Shown in pieces: positions 1 through 11,942 of a stretch of 64,000 nucleotides of DNA. The notes below the pieces were generated by a model, which saw only the letters and a program-made list of their open reading frames with translations, did no database searches and was not told where the DNA came from. The position numbers were made by a program, and so were the translations under genes. Position 1 is the stretch's first letter; each line of letters starts with the position of its first letter. This DNA comes from an uncultured Chloroflexia bacterium (GTDB lineage: Bacteria; Chloroflexota; Dehalococcoidia; GIF9; UBA5629): NCBI GenBank assembly GCA_963752975.1, contig CAVWAG010000003.1:206793-270792 (forward strand). Reading direction: 5' to 3'.

Positions 1-437
1 CTGCCCCTGGGGCGCGACGATATCCCGAACATTTTCGGTATGCTGGGCCCGGTGATATCGGCGTCGAGGATGCCGACGCTAAAGCCCTGCCTGTTGAGCA
101 GGACGGCCGTCAGGGCGGTGACCAGCGACTTGCCCACACCGCCTTTGCCGCTCATAACAGCGATGACATGCTTGACCCGGTTTATATCAAGAGGCCTTTT
201 TTCGCTAAAAACTACCTCTATAGTGGTGTTATCAGCGATTTGTTTAACCACGGACGCCGCCTTTTCTTTCACCCACCTTTGCGCGTCTTCATCGAGCGCC
301 GTAGAGGCCAGAGTGATTTTCACCCTGCCGCTGCCAAGTTCTATATCCTGGACCAGGTTTAAGTCGGTAAGGCTGCGTCGAATGCCGGGGACAAGCACGT
401 CGGCAAGCGCCTCTTTAATTTTTTCTTGACTCAGCAA
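1..437 (-). CDS. mrp: Mrp/NBP35 (ApbC-like) Fe-S cluster carrier ATPase, runs off the window edge
   Basis: Manual minus-strand translation from TTG at 437 (GGAGG RBS at 444-448): MLSQEKIKEALADVLVPG...VIAVMSGKGGVGKS...GILDADITGPSIPKMFG. Not in the ORF track. Confidence 0.9.
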   Translation of the reverse strand, partial: MLSQEKIKEALADVLVPGIRRSLTDLNLVQDIELGSGRVKITLASTALDEDAQRWVKEKAASVVKQIADNTTIEVVFSEKRPLDINRVKHVIAVMSGKGGVGKSLVTALTAVLLNRQGFSVGILDADITGPSIPKMFGISSRPRG

Positions 438-535
438 AATAATCCTCCGGTTATGCCGTTACAGGATGAATGATAACGATATACAGGATGTGCGGCTAAT
501 CCGCCATGTGGCTGACCTTGTATTTAACAGCGTAG

Positions 536-775
536 TTATTTTTTGGACTTTTCCGCGGCCTTCTTTAGGTCATTTTCGCTCAGCCTTAAGATTACCGTAT
601 CGCCTGCCGTGATGATGTCTTCAAGTTTGATTTTATATTTCTTATTAAATCCGGAGCTTATCACCGCATTTTTTACTTTAGCCGATACTAAGTCTATCTC
701 CAGGTCGGAAATTTTTCCGATTTTGTCACCGCCTGAACCGATAACTTCCTTGCCCAATAATTTCTTAACCAGCAT
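536..775 (-). CDS. Small stand-alone PRC-barrel domain protein
   Basis: 79 aa; LLGKEVIG..G.KIGKISDLEIDL...I...GDTVIL pattern; GGAGG RBS upstream. Confidence 0.8.
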   Translation of the reverse strand: MLVKKLLGKEVIGSGGDKIGKISDLEIDLVSAKVKNAVISSGFNKKYKIKLEDIITAGDTVILRLSENDLKKAAEKSKK

Positions 776-882
776 ATTACCTCCACTGAGACATGACTCG
801 GGGTACTGTATTTCCCCTCATTATTATACAATTAATAGTCGGCCGGGCAAGTAAGGTTCAATCATACGGATAACGGAGCAAG

Positions 883-1887
883 ATGTTTTATATAATATAT
901 GGAGATGACAGCTACCGCTGCCAGGCGGCTTTGAATGATATTAAGGCCGGATTGGGCAGCCCGGACATGGTATCGGTTAATACTACGTTGCTGGATGGCC
1001 GCAAGCTGACCATCAGGGCGCTCAGCGATGTCTGTAACGTGGTACCTTTTATGGCGCCCAGCAGGCTTATCGTTGTGGAAGGACTTCTTAAGCGCTTCCA
1101 GCCCGGAGAAAAGCAGACGCGTGCCAACGGCGGTAGCGGTGATGACGGCAACCAGAACCTCAAAGAATGGCAGGGGTTAAGTGACTATATTAAAGGTATG
1201 CCTGCATCTACCGTGCTGGTCATGTTTGAACCGGACATTGATACCAGGTCTGCCAACCCGCTGGTCAAAGCGCTTTCACCCGTGGCCGATAAGGTGATGC
1301 AATTGAGCGAGATGAAAAGCAGGGAACTGACCGCCTGGATAAAAGACTATGCTCTAACAAATGGCGCCAGGGTATCTCCTGAGGCTGTGGCCTTGCTGGC
1401 GGACTACATCGGCGGCGATTTATGGTCGTTGTCAGGGGAGATGAATAAGCTGATGACATATTGCCAGGACCGGGAGATAAATGAAACGGATGTCAGGGAG
1501 ATCACCAGCTTCGCCAGGGAGGAGAACATTTTTGCACTGGTGGATGCTGTGCTGGAGGGAAGGATCAAGGAGGCGCAGCTTATGCTGCACAGGATGCTGC
1601 TGTATGGAACTGCGCCGCAGCAGATACTCAGTATGATCGAAAGGCAACTGACTATTATCCTGCGCGTCAAGGAGCTCCAGGGCCTGCCGCAACCGGAGAT
1701 ACGGGAACGCCTGGGCCTGCATCCCAGATATCCGCTGGATAAAACGTTCAAGCAAGCCAGGATATTTACTATGGCCAGGCTGCGCAAAGCTTTTCACGCG
1801 CTGCTGGATACAGACGTGGCGATCAAGACCGGGAAATATGAGGACGACCTGGCGCTTGACCTGCTGGTCATCGAGTTGTGCAAATAG
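883..1887 (+). CDS. holA: DNA polymerase III subunit delta
   Basis: 334 aa; YIIYGDD start, PFMAPSRLIVV, GEMNKL, IFALVDA, DVAIKTG motifs. Confidence 0.92.
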   Translation: MFYIIYGDDSYRCQAALNDIKAGLGSPDMVSVNTTLLDGRKLTIRALSDVCNVVPFMAPSRLIVVEGLLKRFQPGEKQTRANGGSGDDGNQNLKEWQGLSDYIKGMPASTVLVMFEPDIDTRSANPLVKALSPVADKVMQLSEMKSRELTAWIKDYALTNGARVSPEAVALLADYIGGDLWSLSGEMNKLMTYCQDREINETDVREITSFAREENIFALVDAVLEGRIKEAQLMLHRMLLYGTAPQQILSMIERQLTIILRVKELQGLPQPEIRERLGLHPRYPLDKTFKQARIFTMARLRKAFHALLDTDVAIKTGKYEDDLALDLLVIELCK

Positions 1888-1914
1888 TCACTGATTCATG
1901 CGGTGAAATTGCAA

Positions 1915-2604
1915 TTAACTGGTTTTTAGTCTGTAGCCTACACCCGGCTCTGTGATAATGAATTGAGGACGTGAGGGGTCAGGTTCAATTTTATGACGTA
2001 GATTGCTTATGTTGACATGCAGAATATGCAATTCCTGTTCATATGCTGCTCCCCAGACTTCACGCAATAACTGACGGTGGGTAAGTACCTTTCCCGCATT
2101 CATTACCAACAGTTTGAGTAATTCGTACTCTGTAGGTGTTAACTGCACGTCACTGTCTGCCAATGTAACAATTCTTTTTGTCAGGTCTACTTTCAGATCG
2201 CCGCGATTATAGATGGGTTCCGCGGAAGGCTGAAATGTTCGGCGTAGATTGGCGCGCAATCTTGCCAGTAGTTCACCTACTCCGAACGGTTTTGTTAAGT
2301 AATCATCTGCACCGGCATCAAGCGCTGTAATCTTGTCAGTTTCTGAATCACGTACCGACAATATGACTATCGGCATCTTTGTCCACTGCCGGAATAAACG
2401 TATAACATCAATGCCATCCATATCTGGAAGGCCAAGGTCTAATATGATTATGTCTGGTTTATAAGCTGGAGCGCTTGTCAATGCTTCAAGTCCGGAAGAG
2501 GCCTCAAAAACATGATAACCCTGTGATGTTAGCGCCACATGCATAAATCTTCTTATTGCCTGTTCATCATCTACAACCAGCACACGAGGTCCATTATCAC
2601 CCAT
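1915..2604 (-). CDS. kdpE: KdpE-type OmpR-family response regulator
   Basis: VLVVDDE, DLGLPDMDG, ALDAGADDYLTKPFG, ITEPGVGYR; directly downstream of kdpD. Confidence 0.93.
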   Translation of the reverse strand: MGDNGPRVLVVDDEQAIRRFMHVALTSQGYHVFEASSGLEALTSAPAYKPDIIILDLGLPDMDGIDVIRLFRQWTKMPIVILSVRDSETDKITALDAGADDYLTKPFGVGELLARLRANLRRTFQPSAEPIYNRGDLKVDLTKRIVTLADSDVQLTPTEYELLKLLVMNAGKVLTHRQLLREVWGAAYEQELHILHVNISNLRHKIEPDPSRPQFIITEPGVGYRLKTS

Positions 2605-2612
2605 GTAGTTTA

Positions 2613-5295
2613 TTATACTCCCGAGGATATTGAAGATAATGGCAAATTTATTCTAATTAAAGTGCCGCCCTCTTTGCGGTTTTCCGCAACTATATTTCCA
2701 TCGTGCGCCTCAACGATCCCCTTACAAATTGACAGGCCTAAGCCCGTACCGGTAACACTGTCCGGACGTTGAACCCTGTAAAATTTATCAAAAACATGAG
2801 TTAAATCCTCCGACGGTATGCCCATTCCCCTGTCGGCGACCTGGATTTGAATCTCATCGTTTAGCTTGAAAGCGTCTATATCTATGGATGAATCCTGTGG
2901 CGAATATTTGATAGCATTATCCAAAACATTTACCAGTACCTGTACAATGAGGCTGAAGTCAACTGGTATAAGCGGCAATCCATCGGGGACCCTATCATTG
3001 ATCAATCTATCGTGATTGCGATTCGTAATCTGTTCAAGGGCCGCACCGATCAGGTCCTGTATATCAGCCGGGCTTTTTTTCAATTTTAAGGCATCTGCTT
3101 CCAGCTTTGAGACGTCAAGTAGATTTGTTATCAGGTGATTTAATCTTTCAGCTTCTTCGTAAGCCACCTGAATAAGGTTCAACTTGGCGTTATCGTCCAG
3201 ATAAACTCCTTTTTCCTGCAGGCTGCTTAATACACCTATAATAGAAACAAGAGGCGTGCGCAGGTCGTGCGATATTGAATTCAGAAGGGCAGTTTGCAGT
3301 CGCTGTGAAGCCTCGAGTATTTGAGCGCTATTTACAGATTCAGCTAACCGCGCTCGCTCTATTGCCATAGAGGCGAGGTCGGCGAAAGCTTTAAGCAATC
3401 GATCCTGCTGTACTGTCAGTTTATTTTCAGGTTCTACAGGACGTAATGCCAGCACACCTATAACACCATTAACAGTACTGAGCGGCAAATACAGTGCCTT
3501 GGAATCCGGCAAAGTGTCTGTCATGTTACCCGCAGCCCTTTGATGTTGATAAGCCCACGTTGCCACCGCAATCTCATTTTCATCAAGGCTTATAGCTGGA
3601 TTGATAGAATGAGGCTTTAATGTTTGTTCGCCTTGTTTATCAGGTAGAAAAACTACAGCATTTTGTCCGAATCTTTCCTTAGCACTGTCGACGACGGAGA
3701 TGATAGTAGCTTTAAGCCCTATATTATTTGCAAGGTATTTGCTTAGTGAGTAAAGTGTGGAGGTTTCGTTCTCCCTGCTGAGGGATGCCTCAGATTGTGA
3801 ACGGATCATGGAAGTTAAATAGCTGACTATGATACCCACACCTAACAATACCAGGAAAGTGAATAAGTATTGGATGTGAGACACCTCAAAAGACATAAAA
3901 GGCGGGACAAAAAAGAAATCAAACGCCAATACACCAATAACCGAAGCTAAAATGGAGGGACCAAGCCCGAAATAGACAGACGATACAACAATGCTCAATA
4001 AATAAAGCATTATAATATTTGTGGGATTAAAGAAAGGGTGGACTATGTAGCCGATTAGCGTTGATATCCCTACTAATCCAAGACTGATCAGATATCCCAG
4101 CCATCTATTTGATGGTTTACTCATCGGCAGTGCGCTTCTCTCAATATTCTGCCCTTTACCGCTCACGATATATACGTCAATATATTTGCTATGACGCACT
4201 ATTTGATTCGCTACAGACCTGCTGAAAATATTCCGCAAATGAACATCACGTGGTTTCCCGATGATGATCTTAGTGATATTGTTCTTGTATGAGTAGTCCA
4301 GGATTGTTTTTGATACTGACAATCCTTGGAGAATTTCCACCTTGGCTCCGAGCTTTTCTGCAAGGCGCATAAGAGAGGTAAGTTGCTCTTGCTGATCGGG
4401 GGAGAGATTGTTACTACCCGGTGTTTCAACGTGAACAGCAGTCCATTCGGCATTTAATTGTGAGGCGAGGCTGCGTGCCGTGTGGATCAGGCGGTTACGC
4501 CAGCGCCCCGGTGATAATGCATACCAGCAAGCGTTCAGCGGTCGGCCATGGACCGCGGATTGTATGTGATGCCATATAGTCCTTTACCTGATTGTCAATT
4601 CGATCTGCAGCTACCCTCATACCGAGTTCGCGCAGTGCAGACAGGTTACCTTTTCGAAAGAAATTGGATATCGCCTGAGCTACATTTTCAGAGATATACA
4701 CCTTTCCTTCTTTCAATCTTTGTAGCAGGTCATCGGGAGGAATGTCTATCAATTTAATCTCATCAGCTTTATCTATGACAGAATCGGGTATCGTTTCACG
4801 TACCCATACGCCTGTTATTTGCGCAATAGTGTCATGTAAGCTTTCTAAATGTTGTATATTCAGAGTTGTAAATACATCGATGCCGGATTCGAGCAACTCT
4901 TCGACATCCTGATAACGTTTGGGATGCCTTGAACCTGGAGCGTTGGTATGTGCAAGTTCGTCAACCAGCGCCAGCTTTGGGTGGCGAGAGATTACAGCGT
5001 CCAGGTCCATTTCGGAGATTGTAAGGTCCCTGTACTGCATTACCTTGCGGGGTATAACAACCAATCCATCCAGCAGTGCATCGGTTTCAACCCGTCCATG
5101 TGTTTCAACATAGGCAACCACGATGTCTGTACGGCTCTTGATACGTTGAGCTTCCTCCAGCATTGCATAGGTTTTACCCACACCTGCAGCGTAGCCGAGG
5201 AAGATCTTTAAAATGCCCCGCCCTGTGCTTTCCTCCGCTGCTTTGATGTTAGCTAATAACTGGTCGGGATTTGGACGGATATTCTTGTCATACAT
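2613..5295 (-). CDS. kdpD: Sensor histidine kinase KdpD (one frameshift near 4495-4520)
   Basis: N-terminal KIFLGYAAGVGKT and DELAHTNAPGSRH, USP domain, 4 TM helices, GAF, SISHDLRTPL H-box, GTGLGLSI. The two ORFs join after a single-base shift (NRLIHTARSLASQLNAEWTAVHVET). Confidence 0.92.
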
Positions 5296-5438
5296 ACCTT
5301 GTTCCGATGATATTCTACTACTCTGTCTTTATTCAAGCATTTCCTTCAAGTGAGCGGATTTTTAGTACCCGCATATTGTGCGATTTAAATTGTAATCGGT
5401 GACATATCAAAATTAGTTCAATTAAACGCCGGATTTTC

Positions 5439-5570
5439 TCAAGAAGTTATCAAGAATTATTATGATCTGTGGTCTCCATATGCTATTGCTCTCTATCCAT
5501 TGAGAATTTCTTGACAATCTAGTTAGATAAACTTTTCCTGCAAATCATCGAAAATCAAGAAAATCTCAAT
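5439..5570. promoter_or_regulatory. Three copies of TCAAGAA-N4-TCAA, candidate KdpE binding sites
   Basis: TCAAGAAGTTATCAAG (5439-5454, +), TCAAGAAATTCTCAAT (5499-5514, -), TCAAGAAAATCTCAAT (5555-5570, +) in the divergent kdpD/kdpF gap. Confidence 0.5.
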
Positions 5571-5649
5571 AATCATTTTGTAATATTTTTGCCCTAGGAT
5601 TGCTAGAAATACCTGATATATAATGATTAATCTATAAGGAGGTAAACCT

Positions 5650-5733
5650 ATGGGTATCTGGTTTCTCTTAGTTGTTATTCTGCTCACTTTTATTTATCTC
5701 GTATATGCTCTACTGCGGCCGGAGAAATTCTGA
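5650..5733 (+). CDS. kdpF: K+-transporting ATPase subunit F
   Basis: 27 aa MGIWFLLVVILLTFIYLVYALLRPEKF with the typical YLVYALLRPEKF end; AAGGAGGT RBS; upstream of kdpA. Below the ORF-track size cutoff. Confidence 0.93.
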   Translation: MGIWFLLVVILLTFIYLVYALLRPEKF

Positions 5734-5835
5734 AGTATTCCTCAGCCGGCACAGCCGGTCGCCTCTTCTATCAGAAACCTGGCGACAATTCGATCCTGAG
5801 TTGCATATTGTTAAAGAAAAGGAGGGGGTTATCGT

Positions 5836-7623
5836 ATGGCTATTGATATTCTCCAGTGGGTGATCTTCTGGGCGGTACTGTTAGCTCTCGTGTTCCCGGT
5901 CGGACGATATATGGCCAAGGTTTTTACTGGCGGCCGTACCTGGTTCGATCCGGTAATGGACCCGATCGATAATGCTATTTACAAATTAAGCGGAATAGAC
6001 CCGACCAAACAGCAGCGCTGGCCGGCGTATGTGAAGGCGATGCTCATCACCAACGGATTCATGTTCCTGCTAATATTCCTCGTCCTGGAGCTGCAGACTG
6101 TGCTACCTCTCAACCCTGACCACCAGGGCTTTGTGGATCCGTGGCTGGCGTATAACACTGCCGCCAGCTTCATCACCAACACAAACTGGCAAAGCTATGC
6201 GGGCGAGAGCACACTCTCTTATTTCAGCCAGATGTTCGCCATCATTTTTCCCATGTTCACGTCGGCGGCGACCGGCCTGGCCTGCGGTGTGGCTTTCATT
6301 CGTGGCCTGGGGGGAAGCGTTACGATGGGCAACTTCTACGTGGACCTCACCCGTGCGATCACCCGGGTCATGTTACCCATCGCCCTCGTGGCTGCTGTTA
6401 TCCTCGTGGCGTTGGGAGTCCCATCCACGTTCTCCGGGACCAGAGACAGTCAATACATTGAACGGACCGCTCGCGCCTGCAGCTGCTTCGCCGGCTCCGC
6501 AATCATCGGCGATAGCTACCTCGACGCCGGCGCCGGCGCCATCAGCCACAGCACAGGGTCAGCAGAATATTGCGCGTGGTCTCGTGGCGCCGCTGGTCAG
6601 CATCAAGCATGCGGGGACCAACGGTGGTGGCTGGTTCAACGCCAACTCTGCCCATCCCTTCGAGAACCCCAATCCCATCACCAACATGATCGAGAACTTG
6701 CTAATGGCTCTCCTGCCAGCCTCGCTGGTATATATGTTGGGGATAATGCTAGGCCGAAAGAAACTGGCATGGATGTTCTTCGGCGTAATGGCCGCCTTCT
6801 TCCTGATCTTTCTGGTGATCGCCTATGTCGGTGAAACTCAGGGGAATCCTCTCTTGACCGGGGTTGGAGTCGATTCCGCCCAGGGCAATATGGAGGGAAA
6901 GGAATTGCGATTCGGCCAGGGAGAGACTGCGCTCTTTGTGACCTCGACGACGGCCTTTACCACCGGCACTGTCGACGCTATGCACGATAGTCTTACGCCG
7001 CTGGCCAGCATTACACCCCTTTCGCAGATGTTCCTCAACATGGTCTTTGGCGGCAAGGGTGTGGGGTTCATCAACCTCATCATGTTCGTCATCCTGACAG
7101 TGTTCCTGATCGGCCTGATGGTAGGCCGGACACCTGAATTCCTGGGTAAAAGGATTCAGACCTACGAAGTAAAGCTGGCCTCAGTCTCCTTCCTGATGCA
7201 CCCTCTTCTGATCCTGGGCTTTATGGCTATTACCTTTGCCCTCCGCTCGATCTGAGTTCGATCTCCAACCCGGGCTTCCACGGTTTCAGCCAGGTACTCT
7301 ACGCCTACACCTCAGCTGCGGCCAACAACGGGTCGGCCTTCGCCGGACTGAATGCCAATACTCCTTGGTGGAACTTCAGCCTCGGCATCGTCATTATATT
7401 GGGCCGCTACGTTTCAATCATCCTGATGCTTGCGCTGGCGGGATCGCTGGCTGCCAAGAAAGCAGTGCCCGCGACCTCCGGCACCATGCGGACCGATGAT
7501 TTTCTCTTTGCCGGTGTCCTGTTTGTCACCATCGTGATCATCAATCTTCTGTCCTTCTTTCCCGTGCTGGCCCTGGGCCCACTTGCCGAGCACTTCGCCA
7601 TGCTCGCCGGGAAGGTATTCTAG
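5836..7623 (+). CDS. kdpA: K+-transporting ATPase subunit A (frameshifts near 6440 and 7250)
   Basis: SFITNTNWQSY, GTNGGG, NMEGKELRFG, MVGRTPEFLGK, ANNGSAFAG, LALGPLAEH spread over three frames. Confidence 0.93.
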
Positions 7624-7633
7624 AGGAGGCACC

Positions 7634-9700
7634 ATGTCAATGAAGAAACAAAGCCAAACATTTAACCGGGATATCCTGATCCCCGCTCTCTGGCGGGCAG
7701 TCCTCAAGCTCGACCCCCGCTGGATGGTGCGCAACCCGGTCATGTTCGTCGTCGAGATTGGGGCCTTGCTGACTCTGATGCTGACCATCGACCCCAGCAT
7801 CTTTGGCGGGCTGGCAGCTAGTCAGAGGCTACAACGCAGTAGTCACGATCATTCTGTTGATGACCGTGATTTTCGCCAACTTCGCCGAGGCGGTGGCCGA
7901 AGGAAGAGGGCAGAGCGCAGGCTGCCGCATTGCGCCGCGTCCACAAGGAAACTCAGGTCAAAAAGCTTAGCCAGCCGAAATATGGGAGCAAATATGAACT
8001 CATCCCCTCCGGCGCATTGCGAAAAGATGACGTATTTCTGGTAGAAACCGGTGATATAATTCCGGCCGATGGTGAAGTGATTGAAGGAACAGCGTCGGTG
8101 GATGAGAGTGCAATCACGGGAGAAAGCGCACCGGTTATCCGTGAATCAGGAGGTGACCGGAGCGCTGTGACCGGCGGCACACGTATTCTATCGGACTGGT
8201 TGATAGTAAAGGTGACTGCCAGTCCTGGAGAAGGGTTCATCGAACGAATGATTGCCATGGTGGAGAGCGCACAGGCGCCAGAAGACCCCAAATGAGATTG
8301 CTCTAACTGCTCTGCTGGCGGTCTTGACCCTTGTTTTTCTTCTCATCTGTGTGACCCTTGTACCGTTCGCCAATTACCTCAACTCCCCTCTCGATATCGC
8401 CACGGTGATCGCGCTGCTGGTATGTCTCATCCCCACAACCATCGGTGCTCTGCTGTCTGCCATCGGCATTGCCGGGATGGACCGTCTTATCCAGCGCAAC
8501 GTCATTGCCTCGTCAGGCCGGGCTGTGGAAGCGGCCGGAGATGTAGATGTTTTGCTGCTGGACAAGACTGGCACCATCACCCTGGGCAACAGACAGGCAG
8601 TGGAGTTTATACCTGTTGGCGCAACGAGCAAGTCTGAACTGGCGGAGGCAGCACAATTGGCTTCACTGACAGATGAAACGCCTGAGGGCCGCAGCATCGT
8701 AGTTTTAGCGAAAGAGATGTTTGGGTTACTGGGTGATGTAGATAGCTTCAAACAGAGCAGTTTGCACTTTATCCCATTTTCGGCGCAGACGCGTATGAGT
8801 GGCATAGACATGGATGGCAATAGCATCCGCAAGGGTGCGTCTGATGCTATCATTGCTTATATGCAGAATGAAGGAAAGACAGTGCCGGCGGAACTGCAGA
8901 CAATTGTAGATACCATTTCTCATACCGGTGGCACACCCTTGGTGGTTGCACGTAATGGTGAAGCCCTCGGTGTAGTTCACCTCAAAGACATAGTAAAGGG
9001 TGGAATCAAAGAGCGCTTTCATGAAATGCGCAAGATGGGTATCAAGACAATAATGATTACTGGTGATAACCCACTTACCGCAACTACCATCGCCGCTGAA
9101 GCAGGAGTCGATGATTTTCTGGCGCAGGCAACTCCTGAGACCAAGCTCAAGTTGATACGGGAATACCAGGCTGGGGGGCGGCTTGTAGGGATGACCGGCG
9201 ACGGCACTAACGATGCTCCTGCGCTGGCTCAGGCGGACGTGGCTGTGGCCATGAATACGGGGACGCAACCGGCCCGGGAAGCCGCTAATATGATTGACCT
9301 GGATAGCAATCCCACCAAGCTCATCGAAATTGTGGAGATAGGCAAACAGTTGCTAATCACTCGGGGCGCCATCACCACTTTCTCCATCGCCAACGACGTC
9401 GCCAAGTACTTTGCCATCATACCCGCAATGTTTATCGCCTTGTTTGGGGAACTGCAAGCTTTAAACATCATGCGATTGGCGACGCCACATAGTGCCATCC
9501 TGTCGGCGGTGATCTTCAATGCGATCATTATTCCGATACTTATCCCACTTGCTCTGAAAGGGGTAACCTACCGTCCTTCGAGCGCCGGAAGCCTGCTGCT
9601 CCGCAATATTATGATATATGGAGTAGGAGGTGTGATCGTTCCTTTTGTGGGCATAAAACTGATCGACCTGCTGGTCGCACCGTTTATCGGTGGGTTATAG
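7634..9700 (+). CDS. kdpB: K+-transporting P-type ATPase subunit B (frameshifts between about 7820 and 8280)
   Basis: [34 protein letters not shown] phosphorylation motif, [10 protein letters not shown]. Confidence 0.94.
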
Positions 9701-9710
9701 GAGGAATTTG

Positions 9711-10276
9711 ATGCTTAGTTCATTACGAATTTCTTTGGTTCTGCTCATTATATGCGGTGGACTATATCCTGTTTTAGTAACGGGGATTGGCCAGGTGTTG
9801 TTCCCCTACCAGGCCAACGGCAGCATCATTATAGGGCGCGATGGCAACCCGATTGGCTCCGAACATATTGCCCAGGCATTCGATAAGGATACCTACTTTC
9901 ACCCCCGGCCTTCGGCCGCGGGCCCGGACGGATACGACGCAACTTTGTCTGGTGGATCTAACCTGGGCCCGACCAACGCAAAACTTATCTCAAGCGTGAG
10001 GGACCGTGTGGCAGCGTACCGTGCAGAGAATGGCCTGGCGCCGGATATGCCGGTGCCGGCGGACGCTGTCAACGCCTCAGGCAGTGGGCTTGACCCGGAC
10101 ATCAGCCCGGATAACGCATTTATCCAGGCCCATCGGGTTGCAATTGCTCGCAACCTGCCGGAGGGGCAGGTGCGGGCAATCGTCGCCCAGCATACGAAGG
10201 GCGGGTGCTAGGCATCTTCGGCGAGCCGAGAGTAAATGTACTTATGCTGAATCTGGCATTGGACAATATGAAATAG
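9711..10276 (+). CDS. kdpC: K+-transporting ATPase subunit C (frameshift near 10200)
   Basis: FPYQANGS, YFHPRPSA, SGGSNLGPTN, SGSGLDPDIS; the C-terminal GEPRVNVLMLNLALD is in a shifted frame ending at TAG 10274-10276. Confidence 0.92.
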
Positions 10277-10607
10277 AATAGTAATATGCTGATTTAGGAG
10301 GCGGGAGTTAAGGCAAAGCAACTCCTTAGATATTGATAACTAATTGATCCTTAAAGATAATGATTCGCAGGGATTAATACTTATGATTTTGCGTTAAGCG
10401 CTGGCAGCCTATTTTGCCAAATTTTTAAACTTATATCACCATATGATAGCGTCAAGCTAGCCCATGTGTTCGCTCATCTGTCTATAATTGGCCAGCATTT
10501 GGCTTGGCGATACAAATGTCGTTTGCACATCGATCAAGGATTCATAGCTATCGACAATTGCCCGGCATTTGGTTAAAATTGGTGTGAAGTATGGGACGAT
10601 ATAAGAT

Positions 10608-11888
10608 ATGAGAAGGGTTTTGGCCGTCATCCTGGCCGGTGGCGCAAGTGAACGTTTGAGCGTTTTGGCTGCGGAGCGCGCCAAGCCGGCCGTTCCCTTC
10701 GGCGGAAAATACCGCATCATCGATTTCACGCTGAGCAACTGCGCTAACTCGGGAATATATAACGTGGCGGTGCTGACGCAGTTCAACCCGCGTTCGCTGG
10801 CGCAACATGTGGGAGTGGGCAGGCCGTGGGATATGGACCGGGAGAGGGGGGGGATTGTGATGCTGCAGCCTTTCCTCAGCCGTTCGCAGCGGAATTGGTA
10901 TAAAGGCACAGCAGATGCAGTGTACCAGAACCTTTATTACATTATCGACCAGCGCGTAGATGAGATATTGGTTTTGTCAGCCGATCACATATACAGTATG
11001 CGTTATGACCAGATGCTGGCCTCCCACCGCAACCGCCAGGCCGATGTCTCGGTAGCTGTATACGAGGTGCCGCATGAAGATACTTCGCGGTTCGGCATCA
11101 TAACGCTGGATCATAACGAGCGTATCGTAAATTTTGAGGAGAAGCCCAGGACTGCCAAGAGCAGGCTGGCCTCCATGGGCATATACATATTCAATAAAAA
11201 AGTGCTGATAGATGCGCTGGAGGAAACGTCCGGCAGTGAAACTGGCCATGATTTCGGCCGTGATGTGCTGCCCAGCCTGATCAGCAAATACCAGGTTTAT
11301 GGTTTCAGGTTCCGCGGGTACTGGCGCGACGTGGGTACCGTGGAGGCCTACTGGCAGGCCAATATGGATCTGATGGCAGACCTGCCGGAATTGAACCTCT
11401 ATAACCCTGAGAATGAGATACGGACAATCGTCCAGGGGTATCCTCCGGCTAAATTGGGACCGCACGCCAGTATCAACCGGGCCTTGATCTGTAACGGCGC
11501 CATCGTCAATGGCACGGTTATCGATTCAATTATTTCCCCCCGGGTTTTCATCGAAGAAGACGCCGTGGTGAAAGACTCCATCATCTTTGAAGATACCACC
11601 ATCGGCCGCGGCACGGTCATTGAAAAATGTATCATCGATAAGCAGGTATGGGTAAGCCGCGGCTGCCACATCGGCTCCGGCGATGATTTCACACCTAATA
11701 AGGAGGAACCCGATTACCTTAAAACCGGTATTACGCTGGTAGGCAAAGGCACCAGGATACCATCCGAGGTAACCATAGGCAGGAACTGTAAAATCGAGCC
11801 CAGGGTCGAGGCATCGGATTTCCTCACCAATACCGTGGAAAGCGGTGAGACTGTGAAGAGCAAGAGCCCGCGCCGCTACCAGATATGA
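10608..11888 (+). CDS. glgC: Glucose-1-phosphate adenylyltransferase
   Basis: ILAGG, RAKPAVPFGGKYRIIDF, WYKGTADAV, FEEKP, ASMGIY, YWRDVGT. Confidence 0.95.
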   Translation: MRRVLAVILAGGASERLSVLAAERAKPAVPFGGKYRIIDFTLSNCANSGIYNVAVLTQFNPRSLAQHVGVGRPWDMDRERGGIVMLQPFLSRSQRNWYKGTADAVYQNLYYIIDQRVDEILVLSADHIYSMRYDQMLASHRNRQADVSVAVYEVPHEDTSRFGIITLDHNERIVNFEEKPRTAKSRLASMGIYIFNKKVLIDALEETSGSETGHDFGRDVLPSLISKYQVYGFRFRGYWRDVGTVEAYWQANMDLMADLPELNLYNPENEIRTIVQGYPPAKLGPHASINRALICNGAIVNGTVIDSIISPRVFIEEDAVVKDSIIFEDTTIGRGTVIEKCIIDKQVWVSRGCHIGSGDDFTPNKEEPDYLKTGITLVGKGTRIPSEVTIGRNCKIEPRVEASDFLTNTVESGETVKSKSPRRYQI

Positions 11889-11942
11889 GCTGTGCGTGCC
11901 GGCATGCCGCCGGCTGTCTCCGCGAAACCGTGATTATTTGGC

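Noticed and set aside
5296-5835. c-di-AMP (ydaO) riboswitch upstream of kdp
   Set aside because: The conserved riboswitch segments are not visible. The region is AT-rich and is explained by promoter elements and kdpF.
5672-5863. 63-aa ORF from the track
   Set aside because: It overlaps kdpF out of frame and lacks an RBS.
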